Source of the DNA: an uncultured Chloroflexia bacterium
GTDB taxonomy: Bacteria; Chloroflexota; Limnocylindria; QHBO01
Length of the DNA: 64,000 bases
Direction: 5' to 3'
Assembly: GCA_963805305.1 (NCBI GenBank)
Contig: CAWDTM010000008.1
Span: 50,679 to 114,678 of the forward strand
The notes below the pieces were generated by a model, which saw nothing but the letters and a program-made list of their open reading frames with translations, searched no databases and had not been told where the DNA came from. The position numbers and the translations under genes were made by a program. Below, piece after piece: positions 53,263 to 64,000 of this stretch (within the stretch, counting starts at the first letter, position 1; each line of letters opens with the position of its first letter).

Positions 53263-53835
53263 TCAGCCGTTCGGTGTCGAGGGTGCCAGGCGGGGGAGCG
53301 GCTGCCTCGGATCGAGAACGGCGACGATGCGGTCGACCTGCGGATCGGTGAGAATCTCGTCGCGCATGATCCGGCGGGCAAGCCCGTCGAGGGTGGCGTG
53401 GACATGGATCCCGGGACGCTGGTCGGCCTCCCAGCCGATCTCGGTCTCCGCACCGGTGACCAGGCAGGCCTCCACGCCGGCAGGGAGTCCGGCGCGCTCG
53501 AGGATCAGCTCCAGCCGGTGCCCCGCGAGCCGGGCCCGGGTCACGGGCAGCGCGTCCCACGGAATCCACGAGTCGGTGGACCGACTCCAGCGGTACCAGT
53601 GGCCGTTCCGCTTGCGGAAGCGGCCGCGATCATGACCCAGAGAGAGTGCCCAGGTCCCACCCGGCCCGACCACCACCGCGTCGGTCGGCTCCGACCCGGC
53701 GGGCGCCGCGTGGCGGACGTAGTGGAATCGATCGTCGAGATGCCGGCCGAGTCCGGCGGCCAGGCGGTCGGGAGCGAGCGCGGAGAATCGGCCGAAGGGA
53801 AGGCGGGAGTGGGAGGCCGTGGTGTGCAGAATCAT
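53263..53835 (-). CDS. NERD-like nuclease-related domain protein (degenerate)
   Basis: LDDRFHYV, TDAVVVGPGGTW, C-terminal LTDPQVDRIV. Abuts the downstream gene with no gap. Confidence 0.55.
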   Translation of the reverse strand: MILHTTASHSRLPFGRFSALAPDRLAAGLGRHLDDRFHYVRHAAPAGSEPTDAVVVGPGGTWALSLGHDRGRFRKRNGHWYRWSRSTDSWIPWDALPVTRARLAGHRLELILERAGLPAGVEACLVTGAETEIGWEADQRPGIHVHATLDGLARRIMRDEILTDPQVDRIVAVLDPRQPLPRLAPSTPNG

Positions 53836-53902
53836 GGGTCGGACGATCGTCTGCCTGCGGTGGCGTGGTGTCGGGTGTCCCCCTGGATCGGACCGGTCAA
53901 GT

Positions 53903-54415
53903 CTACCGCGACAGGTTCGTCTCGCCTAGGTCCAGCGACATCGCGACCGCCCGCTCCTCGTATCCCAGCGAGCGGTACAGGCTGCGGGCCACCTGGTTGC
54001 CCCCGAAGACATTGAGATCGATGCGCGTCAGCCCCCTGGCCCGGGCCGTCTCCTCGACGAGCCGCATCGCCTGTCGCCCAAAGCCCCTGCCGCGGCTCTC
54101 GGGGTCGATCTCGACGTCCCAGACGTAGAGGACCGGGCGACCGTCGATCTCGCGATGGCCGACCCACAGGCGGCCCACCGCGTTCCCCTCCGCCTCGAGC
54201 ACCATGATCTGCTGGCCCGTGGTGTCGAGGCCGTCGGGCAGCACGGCGGCCATGTCGTGCTCCGCCTTGCGTTGCGCGGCCATTCGCTCCACGAGCCCGT
54301 TGGTGGCAATGTCCTCGGCGTAGGCATCCGTGACCCGGCGGTACCAGGCGGCGTACGCATCAGCGCGAAGGGGCCGCGCGGTGAGGGTCGGAGGCGTGGG
54401 ACGGGCGTCTGTCAC
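53903..54415 (-). CDS. GNAT family N-acetyltransferase
   Basis: GTG 54415 with TACCAT 6 nt upstream. RGRGFGR motif A, LNVFGGN..A..LY..LGY. Confidence 0.9.
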   Translation of the reverse strand: MTDARPTPPTLTARPLRADAYAAWYRRVTDAYAEDIATNGLVERMAAQRKAEHDMAAVLPDGLDTTGQQIMVLEAEGNAVGRLWVGHREIDGRPVLYVWDVEIDPESRGRGFGRQAMRLVEETARARGLTRIDLNVFGGNQVARSLYRSLGYEERAVAMSLDLGETNLSR

Positions 54416-54472
54416 GGCGGCATGGTAGCCGGAGCCGCGGGGCTCGTCCGGCGTGGCTGGTAGCATCCGCGC

Positions 54473-55051
54473 ATGGCAAGCATGCAGGTCGGTCCGGAGA
54501 TCGAAGAGGCGGTCCGCGTCATGCTCCTGGAGATCGGGGAGGATCCCGATCGGGCTGGGTTGGCGGGGACACCCGGCCGCGTGCGGCGCATGTACGAGGA
54601 GCTCGCGGCCGGCTACCGCGTGGACCCGGACGAGCTCATGAACGGCGCGTGCTACGACGTCGAGTACGACGAGATGGTGGTCGTGCGCGACATCGGCTTC
54701 TTCTCGCTCTGCGAGCACCACCTGCTGCCCTTCTTCGGGAAGGTGCACGTGGGATACCTGCCGAAGGGCCGGGTCATCGGCCTGTCGAAGATCCCGCGCA
54801 TCGTGGAGATGTACGGTCGACGCCTCCAGCTCCAGGAGCGGCTCACCCAGCAGGTTGCCGAGTTCCTCATGGAGCGGCTCGCGCCCCGCGGGGTGGCCTG
54901 CGTCGTCGAGGCCAGCCACATGTGCACCATGATGCGGGGTGTGAAGAAGGAGCAGGCGCGGATGGTGACCAGCGCCATGCTGGGCCGGTTCCGCATGGAC
55001 CCCAAGACGCGGACCGAGTTCCTGGCCCTGATCGGCAACCCGGGCGGCTAG
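54473..55051 (+). CDS. folE: GTP cyclohydrolase I
   Basis: [39 protein letters not shown]. Confidence 0.97.
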   Translation: MASMQVGPEIEEAVRVMLLEIGEDPDRAGLAGTPGRVRRMYEELAAGYRVDPDELMNGACYDVEYDEMVVVRDIGFFSLCEHHLLPFFGKVHVGYLPKGRVIGLSKIPRIVEMYGRRLQLQERLTQQVAEFLMERLAPRGVACVVEASHMCTMMRGVKKEQARMVTSAMLGRFRMDPKTRTEFLALIGNPGG

Positions 55052-55063
55052 AATCGGCCAGCG

Positions 55064-55504
55064 ATGACGAACGAGAGCGGGACCGATGGCGGCGCCAGCG
55101 AACGCGAGGGGCCGATCCGGGTCCTGATCGCCAAGCCCGGCCTGGACGGCCACGACCGTGGCGCGAAGGTGCTCGCCCGCGGCCTGCGCGACGAGGGCTT
55201 CGAGGTGATCTACACCGGGCTGCGCCAGACGCCCGAGATGATCGCCGATGCCGCCGAGCAGGAGGACGTCGACGTCGTCGGGCTCTCGATCCTCTCCGGC
55301 GCGCACATGACGCTTCTGCCCAGGATCGCGTCGCTCGTTCGCGAGCGCGGCATGGGCGACGTCCTCATCGCCGCCGGCGGGATCATTCCCGACGCGGACA
55401 TCGGTCCCTTGCGGGAGGCCGGCATCTCGGAGATCTTCGGGCCCGGGACGAGCATCGGCGAGGTCGCTCGCTACCTGCGCGAGCACGTCCGTCGGTCGCG
55501 CTGA
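55064..55504 (+). CDS. Cobalamin-binding small subunit of acyl-CoA mutase (IcmB/MCM C-terminal-like)
   Basis: [13 protein letters not shown] (DxHxxG), [19 protein letters not shown]. Confidence 0.93.
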   Translation: MTNESGTDGGASEREGPIRVLIAKPGLDGHDRGAKVLARGLRDEGFEVIYTGLRQTPEMIADAAEQEDVDVVGLSILSGAHMTLLPRIASLVRERGMGDVLIAAGGIIPDADIGPLREAGISEIFGPGTSIGEVARYLREHVRRSR

Positions 55505-55525
55505 CCCGCATGTGCCGGCCGGCCC

Positions 55526-56443
55526 GTGGCTGATGCCTCCGCCCTCCTCGAGGCGGCGGTGGCCGGGGACCGGAGGGCGCTCGCGCGGCTTCTCACCGCA
55601 ATCGAGGGCGGCGACGCCGATACACGGGCCGTGCTGCCCGCGGTGTTCGGGGCCACCCGCGGAGCGCACGTGGTGGGCGTCACCGGTCCGCCCGGGGCGG
55701 GCAAGTCCACGCTGGTCAGTGCGCTGACCTCCGAGTATCGGCGCCGTGGCCGACGCGTGGGGATCGTGGCCGTCGACCCGTCGTCGCCGTACACCGGCGG
55801 CGCGATCATGGGCGACCGCATCCGGATGATGGAGCACGCGTCCGATCGCGACGTCTTCATGCGCAGCATGGCCGCGCGCGGGGAGCTGGGCGGGATCGCC
55901 GGCGCGACCTGGTTGGCCGCCGCGGCGCTCGACGCGGCCGGCTACGACCCCGTCCTGGTGGAGACCGTGGGAGCCGGCCAGAGTGAGGTGGAGATCGCCC
56001 GGCTGGCGGAGACGACGGTGGTGGTCGAGGTGCCGGAGATGGGCGACGAGGTCCAGGCCATCAAGGCCGGGCTCCTGGAGGTCGCCGACGTTGTCGCGGT
56101 GAACAAGGGCGATCGGCCGGGTGCGGACCGGGCCGCGCGCCAGCTCCGCGCGATGCTGGCCGGGGCCGGCGGGCGCTTCGGAGCGCCACCGCCGATCCTC
56201 GTCACGACGGCGGTCACCGGCGAGGGTGTCGCGGCGCTCGTCGATGCGATCGACGCCCATCGTGAGACGGCGCGATCCCGGGAGCAGGCCCTGGCCCGTG
56301 CGCGAAACCAGGTCCTCCGCGCACTCTCCGAGCAGGCGGCGCGACGGGCTGCGGCCGACCCACGGTGGAACGAGACGATCCGAGCCGTGGCGGACCGCGA
56401 GCTCGACCCGATCACCGCGGCGGGGAGCCTGCTCGAGCACTGA
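55526..56443 (+). CDS. meaB: Methylmalonyl-CoA mutase-associated GTPase MeaB
   Basis: GPPGAGKST, AVDPSSP, GDRIRM, ETVGAGQSE, NKGD. Confidence 0.94.
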   Translation: MADASALLEAAVAGDRRALARLLTAIEGGDADTRAVLPAVFGATRGAHVVGVTGPPGAGKSTLVSALTSEYRRRGRRVGIVAVDPSSPYTGGAIMGDRIRMMEHASDRDVFMRSMAARGELGGIAGATWLAAAALDAAGYDPVLVETVGAGQSEVEIARLAETTVVVEVPEMGDEVQAIKAGLLEVADVVAVNKGDRPGADRAARQLRAMLAGAGGRFGAPPPILVTTAVTGEGVAALVDAIDAHRETARSREQALARARNQVLRALSEQAARRAAADPRWNETIRAVADRELDPITAAGSLLEH

Positions 56444-56491
56444 GCTGCGGGGCAGCCTCGCGGCTCGCCGGCCCTGCTAGGCTAGCCAGCC

Positions 56492-57364
56492 ATGAGCATC
56501 GAACGCGTCTTCGTCATCGGCGCGGGCCTGATGGGGCACGGCATCGCCCAGGTCAGCGCCGCCGCCGGGAAATCGGTCACCCTCGCGGACCGCACCGCCG
56601 AGCTGGCGGAGAAGGGCAAGGCCCGCGTCGCCGGGAACCTGGGCCGCCAGGTCTCCAAGGGCAAGCTGGAGCAGACTGCCGCGGACGCAATTCTGTCCCG
56701 GATCACGACCTCCGCCGGCCCGGCCGCCGCCGCGGGTCACGACATCGTCGTCGAGGCCGTCTTCGAGGACGAGCCGCTGAAGCGTGAAACCTGGACGGCC
56801 CTCACGGCAGCGGCGGATCGCGGCACCATCTTCGCGTCCAACACGAGCAGCATCAGCATCACCGGCCTGGCGACGGTCACCGACCGGCCAGCGCAGTTCA
56901 TCGGGCTGCACTTCTTCAGCCCCGTCCCGGTCATGAAGCTGATCGAGATCATCCGTGGCCTGGAGACCGATGGCGCGACGTACGCGGCCTGCCGCACGTT
57001 CGCCGAGGAGCTGGGCAAGACCGTGATCGAGTCGAAGGACATGCCCGGCTTCCTGGTCAACCGGATGCTGGGCCCCTTCATCAACGAGGCCGTCTTCGCA
57101 CTGATGGAATCGACCGGTACCGCCGAGGACATCGATACCGGGGCCAGGCTGGGCCTGAACCACCCGATGGGACCGCTGGAGCTGAGCGACTTCATCGGCA
57201 ACGACGTCATGCTCGGCGTCATGGATGTGCTGTACCGCGGGTTCGGCGATCCCAAGTTCCGTGCTGCCCCGCTCCTGCGGCAGATGGTCACCGCCGGCCA
57301 CCTCGGACGCAAGGCGGGCCGGGGGTTCTACCGCTACGACGAGAGCGGGAGCAAGATCGGCTGA
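56492..57364 (+). CDS. hbd: 3-hydroxybutyryl-CoA dehydrogenase
   Basis: GAGLMGHGIAQ, SNTSSISIT, GLHFFSPVP, PGFLVNR, NHPMGPL. Confidence 0.9.
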   Translation: MSIERVFVIGAGLMGHGIAQVSAAAGKSVTLADRTAELAEKGKARVAGNLGRQVSKGKLEQTAADAILSRITTSAGPAAAAGHDIVVEAVFEDEPLKRETWTALTAAADRGTIFASNTSSISITGLATVTDRPAQFIGLHFFSPVPVMKLIEIIRGLETDGATYAACRTFAEELGKTVIESKDMPGFLVNRMLGPFINEAVFALMESTGTAEDIDTGARLGLNHPMGPLELSDFIGNDVMLGVMDVLYRGFGDPKFRAAPLLRQMVTAGHLGRKAGRGFYRYDESGSKIG

Positions 57365-58548
57365 TGGTCGCCGCGGCACCGCCCACCCGTCCGGACCCCT
57401 TCGCCCTCACGGAGGAGGAGCGGCAGGTTCGCGACACCGTGCGGGACTTCGCGCAGCGCGAGCTGGCACCCACGGCCGCCCAGCGCGACGAGGAGGAGCG
57501 CTACGACCGGTCCCTCTTCCGCGGGATGGCGGAGCTGGGCCTGGCCGGCCTGCCCTATCCGGAGAAGTACGGCGGGGCCGGGATGGGGACCTTCCCGTGG
57601 GTCCTGGCCTGCGAAGAGATCGGCGCGGCCGACATGGGGATGGCGGTGAGCCTCTCCGTTCACGTCCTGGCCCAGCTGCCCATCCTGGCGCACGGAACCG
57701 ACGAGCAGAAGGCGCGCCTGCTGCCGCCCATGACCGCCGGGGAGCGTCTTGGCGCCTTCGCGCTCACGGAGCCCGGAGCGGGGTCGGACGCCGCGGCGCT
57801 GGCGTTGCGCGCCGAGCGCACGGACGGGGGCTACGCGCTGACCGGCAGCAAGATCTGGATCACGAACGGCCATGAGTCGGAGGTGACCATCGTCTTCGCC
57901 ACGGTCGATCGCTCGCGGGGGCGAGAGGGGATCACCGCCTTCGCCGTCGAGCGGCCCACCGACGGCTTCACCGTTGCCGGGCACGAGCGAAAGATGGGGA
58001 TCCGCGACTCGGTCTCCGCGGAGCTCGTCTTCGACGGCGCTGTGGTGCCGGAGGCGAACCGCCTGGGAGCGGAGGGCGACGGGCTCAAGGTGGCGCTCTC
58101 ATCGCTGGGCGCCGGCCGGATCAGTATCGCTGCCATCTGCGTGGGCGTGGCGCGCGCCGCCCTGGAGCATGCCGGTCGCTATGCGCTGCAGCGGACCCAG
58201 TTCGGCCGGCCCATCGCCGACCAGGAGATGATCCAGGCGATGCTCGCCGATGCGGCCACCAAGGTCGAGGCGGCGCGCCTCCTGACCTGGCGGGCAGCGC
58301 GTCTGCGCGACGCGGGAGAACCCATCAACGCGGCAAGCAGCATGGCCAAGATGTTCGCGTCGGACGCCGCCATGGAGGTGACAACCGACGCCGTGCAGGT
58401 TTACGGTGGCGCCGGATACAGCCGGGACAACCCGGTGGAGCGCCTCATGCGGGATGCCAAGGGGGCGCAGATCTACGAGGGCACCAACCAGATCCATCGG
58501 CTCATCGTCGCGCAGCACCTGCTCGAGGGGCTGCGGCGGAGCACATGA
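57364..58548 (+). CDS. Short/branched-chain acyl-CoA dehydrogenase
   Basis: FALTEPGAGSDA, GSKIWITNG, KMGIR, GGAGY, IYEGTNQI. TGATG overlap with hbd. Confidence 0.95.
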   Translation: MVAAAPPTRPDPFALTEEERQVRDTVRDFAQRELAPTAAQRDEEERYDRSLFRGMAELGLAGLPYPEKYGGAGMGTFPWVLACEEIGAADMGMAVSLSVHVLAQLPILAHGTDEQKARLLPPMTAGERLGAFALTEPGAGSDAAALALRAERTDGGYALTGSKIWITNGHESEVTIVFATVDRSRGREGITAFAVERPTDGFTVAGHERKMGIRDSVSAELVFDGAVVPEANRLGAEGDGLKVALSSLGAGRISIAAICVGVARAALEHAGRYALQRTQFGRPIADQEMIQAMLADAATKVEAARLLTWRAARLRDAGEPINAASSMAKMFASDAAMEVTTDAVQVYGGAGYSRDNPVERLMRDAKGAQIYEGTNQIHRLIVAQHLLEGLRRST

Positions 58549-58622
58549 GCCGCGGTGGAGCCCGGGCCTATCCGTTCGCCCACCTGCAGGAGGATGACGC
58601 GGTTTCGAGGGAGGCCAGACCG

Positions 58623-60557
58623 ATGACCACCGCGATCGTTCCCGGGCCTCGGCGGGGCGCCGTCAGCCGCGGAGATCCGCTCGCGGTCCCCGACGAGCTG
58701 CGCGCCAGCAGCCTGGTGGACCTCGTGCGCCGCACCGTCGACCGGGACCCGGAGAAGGAGGCGCTGCGCTGGAAGCTGCCACGCACCCGGCGCCAGACGG
58801 GCGGCGACGCCGAGACCGAGGACGAGGTGGTCTGGCGATCGATCACCTACGGCGAGCTGTGGACCTGGATCACCCAGGTGGCCGTTGGCCTGCGACACCT
58901 CGGCCTGGAGGCCGGTGACCGGATCTGCATCATGAGCCGCACCCGCCCGGCCTGGCTGACCGCGGATCTTGCGTCGCTCTCGATCGGTGCCGTGAGCTGC
59001 CCGATCTATCCCTCGGTGGAGCCGGGCCAGGCGGCCTATGTGATCAACAACGTGCAGGCGCGGGCCGTGATCGTGGAGAACGCGCAGCAGGCGGCCAAGA
59101 TCGTGGCGATCCGCGAGCGATGCCCGACGCTGGAGCACATGATCGTCATCGACGACCGCGGCAAGGTCCCCGCCGACGCAATCAGCCTCGACGGGATCTT
59201 CGACATGGCGACCGCGAGCGCGGATGAGCTCGCCGCGTGGGAGGCCGGCTGGCGGGCGATCGAACGAGACGCCGTGGCCACCATCGTCCACACGTCGGGC
59301 ACCACGGCCAACCCGAAAGGCGTGATCCTCACCCACGGAAACATCCTCCACAACTTCGAAGCCGGGATCCAGGCGGTCGACTTCAACGAGCACGACCTGT
59401 TCCTCTCCTTCCTGCCGCTGAGCCACATGACTGAGCGGGCGGCCGGGCAGGTGGTCCCGCTCGGACGCGGCTGCACCATCGCCTACGCAGAGCCGGCCAT
59501 CGAGCGCCTGCCGGCGAACATGGTCGAGACCCATCCCACGGTGATGGTCGCCGTGCCGCGGCTCTACGAGCGGCTCTACGCCCGCGTGACCTCGACGGTG
59601 GAGGCCGGCCCGGCACTCCGCCAGCGCATCTTCCGCTGGGCCCTGGGCCTGGGCCGCGCCAAGTACGAGAACCATCTCGCGGGTCGTGCGGACTCGGCGT
59701 GGCTCGCCGTGCAGCTGGCGCTGGCGGATCGGCTCGTCTTCCACCGCATCAAGGAGCGAACCGGCGGCCGGGTTCGGTACTTCGTGTCCGGCGGCGCGCC
59801 CCTGTCGCAGGAGATTGGCGAATTCTTCTTCGCGATGGGCATGCTGATCCTGGAGGGGTACGGGCTGACCGAGACGGCGCCGCTCCTCACGCTCAACACG
59901 CCGCAGGACTTCAAGTTCGGGACCGTGGGTCGTCCCGTGGCCGGCACGGAGGTCATGATCGAACCCGAGACCGGCGAGATCCTGGCCCGGGGCCCGCAGA
60001 TCATGCAGGGCTACCTGGACCAGGCAGAGGAGACGGCCCGCGTCATCGACGACGACGGCTGGTTCCATACCGGTGACATCGGCGAGATCGACGAGACCGG
60101 GCGCATCCGGATCACGGACCGGCTGAAGAACGTGATCGTCCTCGCCAACGGCAAGAACGTGGCGCCCTCGCCCATGGAGATCGCGCTCCTCACGAGCAGG
60201 TACATCGCGCAGGTGCTCATCCTCGGCGACAACCAGCCCTACACCGGTGCGCTCATCGTCCCGGATTTCGACGAGCTCGGGCACTGGGCCGCGGGGAACG
60301 ACCTGGCGGAGATGCCGCCGGAGCAGCTCGTGGAGGAGCGCTCCGTGGTGAAGCTCATCGAGGGCGAGGCACGCCGCCTCCTCGACGGCTTCGCCGTCTA
60401 CGAGCGCCCGCGACGCATTGCGCTGCTCCCGCGGTTGCTGAACGAGGAGGCGGGCGAGCTGACGCCGTCGCTCAAGATCAAGGCACGGGTCGTGAAGGAG
60501 CGATGGGCGGCCAAGATCGGGTACCTGTTCGACCGGGGCGGCGACGCCGGCGACTGA
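58623..60557 (+). CDS. Long-chain fatty acid--CoA ligase (AMP-dependent synthetase)
   Basis: TSGTTANPKG, EGYGLTE, TGDIG, DRLKN. ATG 58623 has GGGAGG SD; alternative start 58545 via ATGA overlap. Confidence 0.92.
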   Translation: MTTAIVPGPRRGAVSRGDPLAVPDELRASSLVDLVRRTVDRDPEKEALRWKLPRTRRQTGGDAETEDEVVWRSITYGELWTWITQVAVGLRHLGLEAGDRICIMSRTRPAWLTADLASLSIGAVSCPIYPSVEPGQAAYVINNVQARAVIVENAQQAAKIVAIRERCPTLEHMIVIDDRGKVPADAISLDGIFDMATASADELAAWEAGWRAIERDAVATIVHTSGTTANPKGVILTHGNILHNFEAGIQAVDFNEHDLFLSFLPLSHMTERAAGQVVPLGRGCTIAYAEPAIERLPANMVETHPTVMVAVPRLYERLYARVTSTVEAGPALRQRIFRWALGLGRAKYENHLAGRADSAWLAVQLALADRLVFHRIKERTGGRVRYFVSGGAPLSQEIGEFFFAMGMLILEGYGLTETAPLLTLNTPQDFKFGTVGRPVAGTEVMIEPETGEILARGPQIMQGYLDQAEETARVIDDDGWFHTGDIGEIDETGRIRITDRLKNVIVLANGKNVAPSPMEIALLTSRYIAQVLILGDNQPYTGALIVPDFDELGHWAAGNDLAEMPPEQLVEERSVVKLIEGEARRLLDGFAVYERPRRIALLPRLLNEEAGELTPSLKIKARVVKERWAAKIGYLFDRGGDAGD

Positions 60558-60635
60558 CCGCCGGAGACCCAGGAGGGACGGCTGCGACGGATCGCCGCAG
60601 GCGCTGTCGGCGCAGGCCCGGAGTACCATTCCCGC

Positions 60636-61817
60636 ATGAGCGACGTCTTCATCCTGTCCGCGGCCCGGACGCCCATCGGCAAGTTCGGCGGCGGCCTGTC
60701 AACCACTCCCGCCACACGTCTCGGGAGCATTGCCATTCGCGCCGCCGTTGAGCGTGCGGGCATCGCGCCCGAGCACGTGGACGAGGCGATCATGGGCCAG
60801 GTCCTGCAGGCCGGCGCTGGCCAGGCGCCCGCCCGGCAGGCAGCCCTGGGCGGCGGTCTCCCGGACGGGGTCAGCGCGACGACCATCAACAAGGTCTGCG
60901 GATCCGGCCTGAAGGCGGTGATGCTGGGCGCCTCCGAGATCCGTGCCGGAGACGCGGAGGTGATCGTGGCCGGGGGCATGGAGAACATGAACCTGGGGCC
61001 GTACCTGCTGCCCCAGGCTCGGACCGGCTATCGCCTGGGAAATGGCGAGATCGTCGACAGCACGGTCCACGACGGCCTGTGGTGCGCGATCTGCGACGTC
61101 CACATGGGCCTCCATGCGGAGCGGGTGGCCGCCAAGCACGACGTGACCCGCGAAGCGCAGGACGCATTCGCCCTCCGCTCACACGAGCGTGCGCTGGCGG
61201 CCATCGACGCCGGTCGCTTCGCGGATGAGATCGTCCCCGTCGAGGTACCCGGCAGGAAGGGGCCAACCGTCGTGGACACCGATGAGAACCCGCGAGCGGA
61301 TAGCTCGCTCGAGGCACTCGCGCGCCTGAAACCCGCCTTCCAGCCGGACGGCGGAACGGTGACCGCGGGCAACGCCCCCGGGATCACCGACGGCGCCGCC
61401 GCGGTGGTCATCGCCTCGGAGGCGGCGGTCGAGCGGGAGGGCGCGAGGCCGCTGGCCCGCATCATCGGCTACGCGCAGGCGGACGTGGCGCCGGAGTGGC
61501 TCTTCGAGGCGCCCATTCACGGCGTGCGCCGGCTGCTCGAGAAGGTGGGCGGCACGGTGGACGACTTCGACCTGATCGAGATCAACGAGGCGTTCGCGGC
61601 CCAGGTCCTCGCCGATGGCAACGAGCTGGGCTTCGACTGGGACCGGGTCAACGTCAACGGCGGGGCCATCGCCCTGGGCCATCCGATCGGTGCGTCCGGC
61701 GCCCGAGTCCTCGCCACGCTGCTTCACGAGCTGCGGCGTCGGGGCGGTGGCAAGGGTCTTGCGACGCTCTGCCTGGGTGGCGGCGGCGCCGTGGCGATGG
61801 CCATCGAGACGGTCTGA
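60636..61817 (+). CDS. Acetyl-CoA C-acetyltransferase (thiolase)
   Basis: RTPIG, NKVCGSGLK, NEAFA, GHPIGASG, LCLGGG. Confidence 0.95.
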   Translation: MSDVFILSAARTPIGKFGGGLSTTPATRLGSIAIRAAVERAGIAPEHVDEAIMGQVLQAGAGQAPARQAALGGGLPDGVSATTINKVCGSGLKAVMLGASEIRAGDAEVIVAGGMENMNLGPYLLPQARTGYRLGNGEIVDSTVHDGLWCAICDVHMGLHAERVAAKHDVTREAQDAFALRSHERALAAIDAGRFADEIVPVEVPGRKGPTVVDTDENPRADSSLEALARLKPAFQPDGGTVTAGNAPGITDGAAAVVIASEAAVEREGARPLARIIGYAQADVAPEWLFEAPIHGVRRLLEKVGGTVDDFDLIEINEAFAAQVLADGNELGFDWDRVNVNGGAIALGHPIGASGARVLATLLHELRRRGGGKGLATLCLGGGGAVAMAIETV

Positions 61818-61891
61818 CCGGACCAGGTCCACGGGCCGCAGGACCCTCGCCTTCGGGCGTTCCGGCACCCGGGTGATTGGATTGGTCCTTC

Positions 61892-61897
61892 TATAAT
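61892..61897 (+). promoter_or_regulatory. -10 element (TATAAT) for the glutamate dehydrogenase gene
   Basis: Perfect TATAAT in a locally AT-rich patch about 90 nt upstream of the ATG. Confidence 0.55.
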
Positions 61898-61986
61898 TTG
61901 CACCGCTTGCGACTCAGGCCTGCTCTCGCCTGCATGACCTGCGAAGGCGCCGGGCCGCGATTCATTGGAGGCAACCTCACACCGCT

Positions 61987-63255
<1,269 letters not shown>

Positions 63256-63276
63256 ACTCCTCTCGGACCGACTCAT

Positions 63277-63315
63277 GCGGGCGCCGGCTCCAACGCCGGC
63301 GCCCGCCTTCTATTT
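63277..63315 (+). terminator. Intrinsic terminator after gdh
   Basis: GCGGGCGCCGGC-TCCAAC-GCCGGCGCCCGC 12-bp stem followed by CTTCTATTT. Confidence 0.7.
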
Positions 63316-63348
63316 GACGCAGCAATCGCCGGTGAGGAGGGCGAACCG

Positions 63349-63954
63349 ATGCTGGATCACGAGGAGCGATTCCTCTTCCGCGAGGAGATCGTGAACCTGG
63401 CCAACGCGCTCGCGGAGCCGGGGCAGCTGGACAACGTCGAGGACCTTCTCGCGGAGGTCACCACCTCGCCACGCTTTGATGCCGACGTCTTCACCCTCGA
63501 GCGTTCGCTGCAGGTCATGCTGGGAGGCCGCGCCGGCTCGACCCTCGTGGGGCTCCTGACCGTCGACCGCTCCGTCTTCGAGGAGACCGGTGAGATGGGA
63601 CTGCCGCCGGAGACCCACGAGCGGATGGTCTCGTGGCGCGCCCGATTCGGCCTGGCCATCGACAACGCGCTGAACTACCTGAACAATCCCGACGGAATCC
63701 AGGGGCACAACTTCGGGACCCAGGTGCTCCATGGCGAGGGCGGAACCACGCTCCAGGGGCGCCTGACCCTGGTCCGCTACAACAACGAGCCGCAGTTCTT
63801 CATCGCCGACGCGGACATCCTCATGACCGTGGCGGCCGACCTCCTCGAGCGGCTGGGGGAGCACCTCGCCCCGGAGATGATCGAGCCGGAGCTGGTGCAG
63901 CGCCTGCGCGAGGCGGTGGATCTCATCGAGCGTCGGAGCAAGGCCCGCGGCTGA
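63349..63954 (+). CDS. Hypothetical acidic cytoplasmic protein
   Basis: 201 aa, GAGGAGG SD, genome-typical codon usage, no recognised motif. Confidence 0.75.
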   Translation: MLDHEERFLFREEIVNLANALAEPGQLDNVEDLLAEVTTSPRFDADVFTLERSLQVMLGGRAGSTLVGLLTVDRSVFEETGEMGLPPETHERMVSWRARFGLAIDNALNYLNNPDGIQGHNFGTQVLHGEGGTTLQGRLTLVRYNNEPQFFIADADILMTVAADLLERLGEHLAPEMIEPELVQRLREAVDLIERRSKARG

Positions 63955-64000
63955 CCTCGACCGGGAGCGCGCCGGCTCGTACCATGCGCGCATGACCGCG

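Noticed and set aside
63980-64000. Start of another leaderless gene (TACCAT-6 nt-ATG at 63992)
   Set aside because: Only three codons are inside the window, so it cannot be annotated.

Overview
A very GC-rich (visibly >70%), densely coded chromosomal segment of a free-living bacterium. The gene repertoire (DUF3352, TPM+DUF2207, DUF2298-like GT-C, F420-type LLM, MshC-like ligase) and many -10-adjacent start codons suggest a high-GC Chloroflexota or Actinomycetota-like organism; this is inference only. About 65 real CDSs can be supported, and most long ORFs in the supplied track are GC shadow frames. I saw no rRNA, tRNA, CRISPR array, integrase or transposase. The main themes are branched-chain/short-chain acyl-CoA metabolism (fused E1 with an acyltransferase, a split B12 mutase with isobutyryl-CoA-mutase signature residues, MeaB, Hbd, two acyl-CoA dehydrogenases, a CoA ligase, a thiolase and two GDH paralogs), an osmoprotectant ABC transporter, hydrolases and envelope proteins. 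The strongest candidates for undescribed biology are: (1) a four-gene ApbE flavinylation module whose likely substrate is a small coiled-coil membrane protein ending in a bare TGAS motif, with an MsrQ-like diheme protein; (2) a GT2 glycosyltransferase fused to a CysRS anticodon-binding-type domain, in a genome region that also encodes an MshC-like CysRS paralog lacking that domain; (3) an E1-alpha/beta fusion coupled to a FabD-like acyltransferase lacking the malonyl-binding Arg, with no E2/E3 nearby; (4) a catalytically dead GDH paralog; (5) a multivalent IDR/RHH/coiled-coil/AT-hook/wHTH protein. All protein family calls come from motif recognition by eye, not database searches.
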